Source: Candidatus Azotimanducaceae bacterium | GTDB lineage: Bacteria; Pseudomonadota; Gammaproteobacteria; Pseudomonadales; Azotimanducaceae | Direction of reading: 5' to 3' | Assembly: GCA_965233675.1 (NCBI GenBank) | Contig: OZ247498.1 | Span: 2,205,824-2,269,823, forward strand | Length of the DNA: 64,000 nucleotides | Notes under the pieces: model-generated | What the model saw: the letters and a program-made list of their open reading frames with translations, nothing else | Databases searched by the model: none | What the model was told of the DNA's origin: nothing | Shown: piece after piece, positions 9,307-18,237 of the stretch | Position numbering within the stretch: position 1 is the first letter of the stretch | Layout of the letters: each line of letters begins with the position of its first letter | Position numbers and translations under genes: made by a program

Positions 9307-10672
9307 GAATATCTCCCCGGATCGATTGAGCGTCTACAATAGGCCAATCGCCAATCTCCGGGTAGCCAGCAACGTGATCCACCTCCAGACGCCCTTCGTC
9401 CTGCTCAGTCTCATCCTGCTGGGTGGCTGTCATTCTCCACTCATGCTCATGCCGACCCCGGAGGTGCTGAAGGATGACCGCTTCAACCTCTTCGAAGCCA
9501 ACCCGCATCCGCTGTCGAGCAACGAACTCGCCACGCTGTACGTCACCACCCGGGCGCCGGATGCCCGCAGGCACGACTTCTTCAAGGGAACCGCGGATAA
9601 ACGCCTGCATTTCGGGTATGCCGAGCTGCGCATCGGCGAGGAAAATCTCAACCTGTTCGAGTTGATCGATCAGTCGACGACCGGCGAACGGAAGGAAAAG
9701 TTCTCCTGGGATCTGCTCGACGCGCCCGTTCTCTCTTCCATCGATCGACCCGGTGCGGACACACCCGCAGACCCGATCCTGCCCGAATCAATGACGGCCG
9801 GTATGGAGGCTCTGAACGACCACATTGAGAAAAACCCGATCAAGGAACTCACCATCTACACCCATGGCGCCAACAACACGTTTTACTGGTCTGTGGCCCA
9901 GGGCGCGCAGTTTCAGTTTTTCACCGGCAACAACGCCATGGTTCTCACCTTTGCCTGGCCGTCTCCCGGCAGCCTCTTCCGCTACGGCGCGGACAAACGC
10001 CGTTCTAACGCAGCCGCCGCCGACCTCGCTTATCTGATAGAACTGCTATCCCACCATTCCATCGCCACCAGAATCAACCTGATCGCCTACAGTGCTGGCG
10101 GCCGGGTGGTCGGACGGGCGCTGGCGCAACTGGCACAACGCTATGATGACCCGGAAGCACTCAGGATCGGCCAGGTCTACCTGACCCAGTCGGACCAGCC
10201 CCTTGCGGAATTCGTGGATGATCTGCCGAACTTCTTTCCACTGGTGGAAGGTATGACGGTGACGACAGCCAGCGGGGACCCGGTGCTCAGCATGGCCGGA
10301 ATCACGGATCTCAAGCTGCGTCTCGGCGCCGCGGGTGAGGGAGATGGGATAAAGCTGAACATCAGCGAAGCGCACTATCAGCAGGTGGTGGACATCATGA
10401 ACTCGGACAGAATGGTCCTCATCGATCTGGTCGACGTACCGGCCACCGAGTATCGCTTCACTCATGGTGCCTGGTACGACAGCTCCTGGGTGAGCACAGA
10501 CGTCATGGTCACGTTGCTCGGGGAGCTGACTGCACAAGAGCGAGGCCTGGTAGCCAGGCCGGTAAACGATGTGCGCGTCTGGGTGTTTCCGGACGACTAC
10601 CTGGATCGGGTAAAGGGCAACATCCTCAATCGAGCGGAGGCGCGCAAGCAGGCGGTAGCGCCAGATTCATGA
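9305..10672 (+). CDS. lipoprotein, alpha/beta hydrolase of the DUF900 type
   Basis: 455 aa. Lipobox-like LLSLILLGGC near the N-terminus and GG-x nucleophile region AYSAGGRV. The true start may be an internal GTG/TTG upstream of the signal peptide. Confidence 0.65.
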   Translation: MNISPDRLSVYNRPIANLRVASNVIHLQTPFVLLSLILLGGCHSPLMLMPTPEVLKDDRFNLFEANPHPLSSNELATLYVTTRAPDARRHDFFKGTADKRLHFGYAELRIGEENLNLFELIDQSTTGERKEKFSWDLLDAPVLSSIDRPGADTPADPILPESMTAGMEALNDHIEKNPIKELTIYTHGANNTFYWSVAQGAQFQFFTGNNAMVLTFAWPSPGSLFRYGADKRRSNAAAADLAYLIELLSHHSIATRINLIAYSAGGRVVGRALAQLAQRYDDPEALRIGQVYLTQSDQPLAEFVDDLPNFFPLVEGMTVTTASGDPVLSMAGITDLKLRLGAAGEGDGIKLNISEAHYQQVVDIMNSDRMVLIDLVDVPATEYRFTHGAWYDSSWVSTDVMVTLLGELTAQERGLVARPVNDVRVWVFPDDYLDRVKGNILNRAEARKQAVAPDS

Positions 10673-12176
10673 ATCGACCGATCTCACCCAGCTGATAGTC
10701 GAAGAATGGATTGAACGTCTGGCGGAGAAATCCGGCGGCGGACACCCTGAGCGCGCCGGCTTCACCTCGCAGCACCAGATGTCCGAGCCGAATGTGTCCA
10801 TCCCCACCGGCGGTGGCGGTTCCGCCGTAGAGTGGATCGTCCGGGGGAAACGGCAACGCGATATGTGACATCGAGTACGAACCCGCCGGCCAGAGCGCTT
10901 CGAGCTCACAGACCTCACCCGCCCGGCCAGGTCCCGCCCCGGTCAGCGCGCGGACAGTTCGAGCGTCCTCCGCCGTATTGCTCACCACCGTAAATTCGAA
11001 CCCCCGACGCTCATCAGCCATCAGCCCTGCCAGCACCGAGTGTGGATCCCGGGTCAGCAGTGGTTCAATTTCTGTGCTCCGATTGAAGTCGTAAACCACC
11101 AGGGAATGATCGGGCGCCTGCGCACGCCGGGGCAGTCTGTCGTAGAGCACGTCGACCACGGCCGGTACGGCAATGGTGGTGTCCACAACTGACTGGAAAG
11201 TGAGTATGGGCGGCATCCGGTCCAGCTGACCGATGTCTGCCGCCGCAGCGAGCCGGGCATCCACCTGGCTGGCCAGGCGCCACACCTGCACGGCGGCGTT
11301 CAAGGGAAAGGACCGGTATTTGAAGGGGTCGTACTCGAGCTCGATGCTGTTCCAGGCGACCTTCTCCAATCCGAGCACACGGCCAAGCCTGGCCTGCCAG
11401 GGTGTGAGGGCGGCAAGCGGCGTGATCCCCATCGCGGGAGAGAACAGCACCAGGCCATCCGGCAATGGAAGCCCGTTCGACGTGCCCTGTTCCGCCAGCG
11501 CGTCCAGAGACAGCTGAATCGCCAGCGGCCCGCCGGTGGAATATCCGAATATATAGAGCGGCTTGTTGCATGCCCTGCCATCGCACAGCACCCGCTCGAG
11601 ATGCCGGGCAGCGAGAACCACGGCAGCATACATGTCTTCCCAGGTGGTGCGGGTGAGACTGGCCGGCGCGGTGCCATGACCGGGATAACGAAGCCCGACC
11701 ACGTGCAGGCTCTGATCATGCAGCCGCTCTGCCAGCGCGCTCAGACTGTAGGGCGAGTCAGACATGCCATGCAGCATCAGCACGCCGCCAACCGGGTCAC
11801 TGTGCGCAAGCTCGTAGCTCCGATTCCAGTCCCGCGCCCAGCGCTTGGGTGACGACATCGAGTCCGGTGCATAGCGATTGATGATGTTTGCGGGGTTTGA
11901 CGGCAGAGGATCAATCACTTCCTCGGCCAGCTCCGCGAATAACGCATCCTCCAGGTCCAGATAGCCCTGAAAACTGTGCACCCCGCTGCCGGCATGAAAT
12001 TCGGACGGCAGCACCGCCCGGTGCCAGATATCCAGATCTTCACGGCTTTCCAGATAGACGAGGGCGCCGGTTACCAGAACGAGGAAGGCACCCGATATCC
12101 CATAGATCAGGAAGAGTGCCATATGCCGGGCGAAGCGTTTCATCCACGATCCCTGAGTATGATTCCAGTCCGTCAT
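10626..12176 (-). CDS. membrane-anchored alpha/beta hydrolase (lysophospholipase-like)
   Basis: Start set to ATG 12176 (AGGA 8 nt upstream). Has an N-terminal TM helix, HGMSDSP and the nucleophile elbow GYSTGG. Overlaps the convergent 9305..10672 gene by 47 bp. Confidence 0.75.
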   Translation of the reverse strand: MTDWNHTQGSWMKRFARHMALFLIYGISGAFLVLVTGALVYLESREDLDIWHRAVLPSEFHAGSGVHSFQGYLDLEDALFAELAEEVIDPLPSNPANIINRYAPDSMSSPKRWARDWNRSYELAHSDPVGGVLMLHGMSDSPYSLSALAERLHDQSLHVVGLRYPGHGTAPASLTRTTWEDMYAAVVLAARHLERVLCDGRACNKPLYIFGYSTGGPLAIQLSLDALAEQGTSNGLPLPDGLVLFSPAMGITPLAALTPWQARLGRVLGLEKVAWNSIELEYDPFKYRSFPLNAAVQVWRLASQVDARLAAAADIGQLDRMPPILTFQSVVDTTIAVPAVVDVLYDRLPRRAQAPDHSLVVYDFNRSTEIEPLLTRDPHSVLAGLMADERRGFEFTVVSNTAEDARTVRALTGAGPGRAGEVCELEALWPAGSYSMSHIALPFPPDDPLYGGTATAGGDGHIRLGHLVLRGEAGALRVSAAGFLRQTFNPFFDYQLGEIGRFMNLALPPACAPPLD

Positions 12177-12229
12177 CTTAGTATCCTGCAGCGGCACCGA
12201 GATAGCCTGGACACTGTGGCACAACACCA

Positions 12230-12751
12230 ATGCAATCCGCTCAGAGCATAATCAGAGCCCTCTACCGCATCGTATTCCGAGGCGGAACGCCGCAGCGCAT
12301 CCAGTTTTCCGCTGCACTGATGGTGACCGCCATCGCCGTCACCGTGACCTCCACCCTCATCGGCGGCAGATTCTTCTTCCGACTCTCCGCCATCGAACTC
12401 GGCCTGGTGCTGTTCACATTGCTTTCCGGACTCTACATCGGCGCGGCGCTCCTGACCCGCACCGTGCCAAGGATCCGGCTGCGAGCGAGTCTGCTGACAC
12501 AACTGCTGCTGCTCGGTCTGGCAGCCACGATTTTCGTCCTTCTGATCCCGGCTCGGGAGTTGCATGCGCTCGTCGTGCCTGTATCGGGTGCTGCGGTAGG
12601 CCTGGGTCTGCTCAGCGGGACCACCAACGTCCTCCACTACGCAAAGGGCGGGAGCCGCGCCGGCGCCGCCCTGCTCGCTCTCGTTTTTGCGGCTGCCCTC
12701 GGCGGTTTCTACGCCACCCTGCGCTGGTTGCTCGAGACGGTATTCTCCTGA
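12230..12751 (+). CDS. polytopic membrane protein, unknown function
   Basis: 173 aa with 4-5 hydrophobic helices. Its stop lies 2 bp before the next gene's ATG. Confidence 0.55.
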   Translation: MQSAQSIIRALYRIVFRGGTPQRIQFSAALMVTAIAVTVTSTLIGGRFFFRLSAIELGLVLFTLLSGLYIGAALLTRTVPRIRLRASLLTQLLLLGLAATIFVLLIPARELHALVVPVSGAAVGLGLLSGTTNVLHYAKGGSRAGAALLALVFAAALGGFYATLRWLLETVFS

Positions 12752-12753
12752 GG

Positions 12754-13983
12754 ATGGCGGATGCCACGCCGCAGGCTTTTCTTGCCACGCCGCAGGCGCT
12801 TTTCGCCACGCCGCAGGCGCTTCTACTTGACGCGATTGCGTGGCTCGATGCGATGCCGGATGGCGCTCGGGCGGCGCTCGCCGCGGGTTTCCTCATGGTT
12901 TTTCTGCGATATTTCGAGACCCGGATTCCCACCTTCGAAATCCAGTACGGTCAGTCGTTCCGCAAGACCGCCCTGGTCGCTCTGGTACTCATTCCCGCCT
13001 TTGTCTGGCTGGTCCCGGCCAGCCGCATGACGGTCTACGTGGAAGCGCTCGAACCCGCAACAGACAGCGTGCATCTGTTCTGGTTCAGCCTGCTCGGGCT
13101 CTGGCTGGCGGGCTTACTTGTTTCGCTCACAGCACTGACGCGCGCTCAGCTCGTGCTGCGCACGGAGCTGAACGGACTGCAGACGATCGATGACGAAAAG
13201 CTTCTGAGTCGGCTCGCCCACTGGCAACGCCGGCTCGGCGTTGGAGGAGGCGTGGACGATGACATCAGCCTGCTGGAAGTTCCAGGCAGCGAACCGCGCT
13301 TTCTCACCGCCGGCCGACACGTCGCCTTTCCCGCTGCAGCCCGGCACTGGCCAGGCAACCAGCAGGATGTACTCCTCATCATCAGCCTGGCGCACCTCAA
13401 ACGGCGGCATCGACGCTGGCATGGAATCGGCTGGCTGGTGAGTTGCCTCTACTGGCCCGTGCCCTGGGTACAGAAGCTGTCTGGCAACCTGATCCGGGAC
13501 TTCCAGCAATCGGCGGATAAACTGGCCGAGTCCTGCTATCAGGATCGACTCGGCTACGATCGCGCGCTGCGGCAACTCGCCCAGCGCCTGGAGCCACCCC
13601 GCCGCGGTCGTTCGGCGACGGCGACACAGGGTAACGGCAGCGCACCAGACCTCAAATCCAGACTGACATCCGCCTTGCAGGACTACGCGACGGCCCTCAA
13701 GCGACTGCTCACTCCGGCCGTTGAGCCCGACTGGGAGCTGGCCGATCTGCTCAGCGAACGCAGTGCGGATCATCGTCTCACCTGGACCGACCCCTACGAT
13801 CGCGTGGTTCTCTTTGTTGGCCAGGCGGCCTTTCTTGCCTTCCTGTTAACCGGCACCACCCTCGAAGAGCGTCCGCCGGAAATCGATTACGAGTACTCCT
13901 TCCCCTTCGAGCTGCTGTGGAAGGAACACTTCCACCGAAACCAGGAACTGGAGGAAATGGTTCAACCGGCACCTCCCTCCTGA
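12754..13983 (+). CDS. BlaR1/MecR1-like (peptidase M56-like) membrane protein with a degenerate zinc motif
   Basis: 409 aa. Architecture and local sequence (LLEVPGSEPRFLTAGRHVAFPAAA...LLIISLAHLKRRHRRW...QQSADKLA) parallel the M56 core, but HExxH is replaced by ISLAH. Confidence 0.55.
   Translation: MADATPQAFLATPQALFATPQALLLDAIAWLDAMPDGARAALAAGFLMVFLRYFETRIPTFEIQYGQSFRKTALVALVLIPAFVWLVPASRMTVYVEALEPATDSVHLFWFSLLGLWLAGLLVSLTALTRAQLVLRTELNGLQTIDDEKLLSRLAHWQRRLGVGGGVDDDISLLEVPGSEPRFLTAGRHVAFPAAARHWPGNQQDVLLIISLAHLKRRHRRWHGIGWLVSCLYWPVPWVQKLSGNLIRDFQQSADKLAESCYQDRLGYDRALRQLAQRLEPPRRGRSATATQGNGSAPDLKSRLTSALQDYATALKRLLTPAVEPDWELADLLSERSADHRLTWTDPYDRVVLFVGQAAFLAFLLTGTTLEERPPEIDYEYSFPFELLWKEHFHRNQELEEMVQPAPPS
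12763..12825. repeat. 21-bp tandem repeat x3 at the 5' end of the M56-like gene
   Basis: gccacgccgcaggcttttctt / gccacgccgcaggcgcttttc / gccacgccgcaggcgcttcta. It encodes ATPQAFL-ATPQALF-ATPQALL. Confidence 0.9.
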
Positions 13984-14061
13984 CGGCAACTACGTATATC
14001 CACCCTCGCACTCACCCGGGAGAATCGTCTTTTCGACAGCAGAACACGCGGAGGTGACATC

Positions 14062-14544
14062 GTGCTCAAGGAAGTCAGCGGAGACATTCTTCTCTCCAAT
14101 GCCCAGGTCGTTGCCCACGGGGTGGCTCCGGCCGATCATTTCAATCAGGGCCTGGCCTTGAGTCTGCGTGAACAGTATCCCGCCATGGCGAAGGACTTCC
14201 GGCACTACTGCCAGCTGAATCACCCCAAAGCCGGCGAACTCTGGGTCTGGGCGGGCGCCGACGGTAAGCGGGTGGTGAACCTGATGGTTCAGGAAGAAGC
14301 GCCGAGCAATCAATCCCGGCCCGGCAAGGCAACCACCCATACGGTCAATGTGGCGCTGAGAAACCTGCGCACGCTGATCGAAGAGGAAGGCTTCGAGAGC
14401 ATTGCACTTCCCCGGCTGGCGACCGGTGTGGGCGGTCTCGACTGGGACGACGTGCTGCCGCTGATCGAGAATCACCTCGGTGATCTGGACCTCCCCGTCT
14501 ACGTCTACACCAGCTTCAAGGCCGGAGAACCCGCCGCGGAATAG
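14062..14544 (+). CDS. macrodomain protein (TARG1/DarG-macro-like ADP-ribose hydrolase)
   Basis: 160 aa with a GTG start after GGAGG. GDILLSNAQVVAHGV, PRLATGVGGLDWDDV and the overall length match the small TARG1-type macrodomain. Confidence 0.8.
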   Translation: MLKEVSGDILLSNAQVVAHGVAPADHFNQGLALSLREQYPAMAKDFRHYCQLNHPKAGELWVWAGADGKRVVNLMVQEEAPSNQSRPGKATTHTVNVALRNLRTLIEEEGFESIALPRLATGVGGLDWDDVLPLIENHLGDLDLPVYVYTSFKAGEPAAE

Positions 14545-14622
14545 CCTCCAGGAGCCGGCGCGCACTGGCGGGCTTCCGCCACATCGCCCATACTCCGGGC
14601 CTTCAGAAAGAGGGGGTTCGGA

Positions 14623-17600
14623 ATGAAAACGGCGACGCGAACCGCGTTGACCGGCGTGGCAATCGCCGGTTGTCTCTACGGCTGTGGTGATGCACCGGCC
14701 ACACCGGAAACAGAAGCACCCACGGACCAGATTCAAACAGCCGCTCAGGCTCCCACGCCGGAACCGGCCACGAGCGAGACAATCGGTGGCAAGCTGCCCG
14801 TCACCGTCAGCGAAGGCACCAACCTCTCTTTCGCACTGAGCCCGGATGGCCAGACCCTCGTCTTCAGCCTCCAGGGCGTGCTTTTCAGCGCCCCTGCAAC
14901 AGGCGGTCCGGCCACCGCACTTACCGACTACTATCAGGACGCCAGGGAGCCGGTCTGGAACCGGGACGGCAGCCTCATCCTCTATCACGGTTATCGCAGT
15001 GGCAACTGGGATCTCTGGTCTCTGCCGAGCACGGGTGGCGATCCGCTGCCGCTGACCACGGATGCCTTCGATGACAGAGAACCCCAGGTCTCGCCCAGCG
15101 GGGGTCAGATTGCCTTCTCATCCGACAGAAGCGGTAATTACGATATCTGGCTGCTCTCCGTTGCGGACGGCAGCCTGACCCAGGTCACTGCCACGCCGGA
15201 GAACGAGGCCGGCCCGACCTGGTCTCCCGACGGCAACGAAATCGCCTATTCAGTCAGCATCGATCGACGAACCACAGAGATCAGAAGCACCAGTCTGATC
15301 ACCCTGGAAACCCGCATGCTGGCCAGCGAAGTCGGCAGTGTGGCCGGACTATCCTGGCATCCTGACGGTGATCGCCTCGTCTATCAGAACGCGGTGCCCG
15401 GCGGCACCATGCTCAAAGCTCTGACGCCAGCGACAGGTATCAGAGAAACTCTGAGCCAGCCCGACGATGATGTTTTCCCCTTCCGCAGTGACTGGATGGC
15501 TGACGGCACCCTCCTCTATGCCGCCAACGGCGGTATTCAGCGCCAGGCTGCTGACGGCACACGCACGCCGGTGCCGTTCGAAGCCACCTTCGAACTCGAT
15601 CGACCTGACTACGAACGCCACCGACGTGACCATGACGACGTCGCCATGCGCCAGGCCCTCGGTCTGTCTCAGCCGGTCATCTCTGCGGATGGACAGCAGG
15701 TTGCATTCACCGCCCTGGGTGATCTGTGGCTCTGGTCGCCGGACACCCAGTCGCTGAGGAACGTGACTGAAAGCCCCTTCGCTGAACGCTCGCCCCGATA
15801 TTCCCCGGACGGGAATCGAATCGCCTACATCTCGGATCGCGGCACCGAAGGGGCTCAGCGCACAGGCTTGTGGATCTATGACATCGCCCAGGACACACAC
15901 ACCCAGGTGAGTCTGCCGAGTACGTCCGTATCCGCCCCGGCCTGGTCCCCGGACGGAAATTCCGTTGCCCTGTTTGCGAGCATCGCCGGAAGCCCGCTTG
16001 CCAGTCAGCTCACCATCGCCAATCTGGAAGATGGCAGCCTCACGCCCGTGCACACGCCCATACCGGCTCAGGGCATTTCCTGGAGTAGCGACGGCGCTTT
16101 CGTGGCGACGACCGAACTCGCGCCTTATTCGAGCCGCTATCGGGAAGGCGTGTATCAGATGATCGTCACTTCGCCGGCCACGGGAGAGCAGTACCAGGTG
16201 GAGCCGGTCGCGCACAGGAGCATGACCAACGTCTCCCTCACCCCGTTCGGTCAGGCCATGACCTATATCCAGGACGGTCAGCTCTGGCAGCAGGATCTGT
16301 CTGAAGACTTTCAACCGATGGGTTATCCCGAACCACTGACAGCCGGTCTCACGGACACACCGAGCTGGAGCAGTGGCGGCCAGTATCTGGTCTACATGAA
16401 TGCGGATCGCATGATGCGTCTGAACGTGGACACCGGTGCAGCCGAAGACATCACACCCCCCGTCGAATGGCGGCCTCTGATCATCACCGCCAGCTGGACA
16501 CTCAAGGTCGGCCGACTGTTCGATGGCACCGGCGACCGCTATCTCGAGAACGTGCTGATCACCATTGATGGCAACCGCATCGTCAGCATCGAGCCGGATG
16601 CAGTCGACGCAGTGGCTGATCTGGACGCCTCGGACAAAGCCGCCTTTCCCGGGCTGTTCGAGATGCACGCGCACATGGGCGATGTCAGCGAACCTCAGGG
16701 CCGGGCCTGGCTTGCCTGGGGCGTGACCAGCGTCCGGGATCCGGGCTCCGACCCCTACGTGGCGAAAGAACGCCAGGAAATCTGGGACAGCGGCACCTTT
16801 GCCGGACCGCGCACCCACGTCACCGGCTATCTGACGGATGGCAACCGGGTGTACTACTCCGTGGCGGAAGGTATCGGCTCTGACGTACACCTGGACAGAG
16901 CGCTGGACCGGGCTGCCCGGCTGAAGCTCGACTTCATAAAAACCTATGTGCGGCTGCCCGATCACCGTCAGGAACGCGTGCTCGAGTTCGCCCATGAAAA
17001 CGGCATTCCGGTTACTTCACACGAGCTTTTTCCTGCAGTCGCTTACGGCATGGACCATGTGGAACACATCGGCGGCACCAGCCGCCGAGGCTATCAGCCG
17101 AAGGTGTCGGCGCTCGGACGAAGCTACGACGACGTCATTCAACTGCTGGCGCAATCCGGTATGGGCATCACGCCCACCGCCGTACTCCCCGGCTACGCCG
17201 TGATAGCCGAGGAAGAATCCGATCTCTTCGCCACCCCGCAGTTCGACTATTTCTACGGTGCCAACGGCCGCCAGGCCGCAGCCATGCTCTCCCGTATGTT
17301 CGGTCCCGGCGCGGCCGGCACGGCGGAAAACAACGGCCGCTTCCTGAAGGCACTGGCGGACGCGGAGGCACTCGTGGTCAGCGGCACGGACGCACCGTTC
17401 GTCCCATACGGCGCCGGTCTGCATGCAGAGCTCCGCCTGTACGCACGGGCCGGACTCACACCCGCCCAGATCCTGAAATCAGCCTCCGTCAATGCCGCCA
17501 GAGCGGCAGGGGTGGATCACGACATCGGCACCCTTCGTCCCGGCATGATCGCCGATCTGGTCGTGGTGGATGGAGACCCGCTGGCGGATATCGCGGATGC

Positions 17601-17679
17601 AGACAACGTGGTCATGACCATCAAGAACGGGCGGGCCTATCACCTGCCTCAGTTGATGCAGGCGCCAGTCGAGAACTGA
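14623..17679 (+). CDS. TolB-like beta-propeller (PD40 repeats) fused to an amidohydrolase domain; lipoprotein or secreted
   Basis: 1018 aa with a signal/lipobox N-terminus. Contains repeated SPDG-x-IA(F/Y)-SDR PD40 motifs and a C-terminal metal-dependent amidohydrolase domain (FEMHAHMG ... SGTDAP). Confidence 0.85.
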   Translation: MKTATRTALTGVAIAGCLYGCGDAPATPETEAPTDQIQTAAQAPTPEPATSETIGGKLPVTVSEGTNLSFALSPDGQTLVFSLQGVLFSAPATGGPATALTDYYQDAREPVWNRDGSLILYHGYRSGNWDLWSLPSTGGDPLPLTTDAFDDREPQVSPSGGQIAFSSDRSGNYDIWLLSVADGSLTQVTATPENEAGPTWSPDGNEIAYSVSIDRRTTEIRSTSLITLETRMLASEVGSVAGLSWHPDGDRLVYQNAVPGGTMLKALTPATGIRETLSQPDDDVFPFRSDWMADGTLLYAANGGIQRQAADGTRTPVPFEATFELDRPDYERHRRDHDDVAMRQALGLSQPVISADGQQVAFTALGDLWLWSPDTQSLRNVTESPFAERSPRYSPDGNRIAYISDRGTEGAQRTGLWIYDIAQDTHTQVSLPSTSVSAPAWSPDGNSVALFASIAGSPLASQLTIANLEDGSLTPVHTPIPAQGISWSSDGAFVATTELAPYSSRYREGVYQMIVTSPATGEQYQVEPVAHRSMTNVSLTPFGQAMTYIQDGQLWQQDLSEDFQPMGYPEPLTAGLTDTPSWSSGGQYLVYMNADRMMRLNVDTGAAEDITPPVEWRPLIITASWTLKVGRLFDGTGDRYLENVLITIDGNRIVSIEPDAVDAVADLDASDKAAFPGLFEMHAHMGDVSEPQGRAWLAWGVTSVRDPGSDPYVAKERQEIWDSGTFAGPRTHVTGYLTDGNRVYYSVAEGIGSDVHLDRALDRAARLKLDFIKTYVRLPDHRQERVLEFAHENGIPVTSHELFPAVAYGMDHVEHIGGTSRRGYQPKVSALGRSYDDVIQLLAQSGMGITPTAVLPGYAVIAEEESDLFATPQFDYFYGANGRQAAAMLSRMFGPGAAGTAENNGRFLKALADAEALVVSGTDAPFVPYGAGLHAELRLYARAGLTPAQILKSASVNAARAAGVDHDIGTLRPGMIADLVVVDGDPLADIADADNVVMTIKNGRAYHLPQLMQAPVEN

Positions 17680-17706
17680 CGCGGCAGGCGTGGAGTCGAC
17701 TGGCGC

Positions 17707-18237
17707 TCAGTCCGCCGGCCAGGCCCAGACGAAACCGTTGCGGTTCGGCATCTGAACGAGGGGCAGCGACCCGGCATCGAGCACCTGATCCCGTTCGATC
17801 ACACCATTCTCGGCCAGTAGATAAGCCGTCAGCGCGTATGTTTCGTCCGCGCTGAGTGTGCCTGGCTGATGGTACGGCATGGCCTTGCGGATGTAATCGA
17901 ACACCGTGGTGGCATACGGCCAGTAGCTGCCGATGGTCTTCACGGGCTGGTCGGATTCAAGCGAGCCCAGCCCACCGGTCAGCCGATCATTCGGGCCACC
18001 CTGCCCGCCGTCCCCATGACAGATCCGGCACGCCTGCTGATAGACGGCCAGCCCGTCGTGGGCATTACCCGCCCCGGCCGGCAATCCACGACCATCCGGC
18101 ATCACGACGAAGTCCACGGCATCCGCTTCAGCATCGCTGACGGGAGTGCCGAGACCGGGCCCTTCGGCCACCGCGAAGGGACTGCAGAGCCCGGTCAGCA
18201 GAACGGCCAGAATCGATCCTCGTTCAAGCATAGACAT
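17707..18237 (-). CDS. sorB: monohaem cytochrome c, SorB-like partner of sulfite dehydrogenase
   Basis: Start moved to ATG 18237 (MSMLERGSILAVLL... signal peptide). Single CRICH haem site. Overlaps the 3' end of the upstream molybdoenzyme gene. Confidence 0.7.
   Translation of the reverse strand: MSMLERGSILAVLLTGLCSPFAVAEGPGLGTPVSDAEADAVDFVVMPDGRGLPAGAGNAHDGLAVYQQACRICHGDGGQGGPNDRLTGGLGSLESDQPVKTIGSYWPYATTVFDYIRKAMPYHQPGTLSADETYALTAYLLAENGVIERDQVLDAGSLPLVQMPNRNGFVWAWPAD

Noticed and set aside
13990-14988. 332-aa minus-strand ORF covering the macrodomain gene and the start of the amidohydrolase gene.
   Set aside because: It is antisense to two genes with strong motif support and SD-preceded starts. 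Its composition (Arg/Gly/Cys/Pro) is typical of shadow frames.
15349-16995. 548-aa minus-strand ORF inside the TolB-amidohydrolase gene.
   Set aside because: Shadow ORF. The plus-strand frame carries repeated PD40 motifs and the amidohydrolase metal site.
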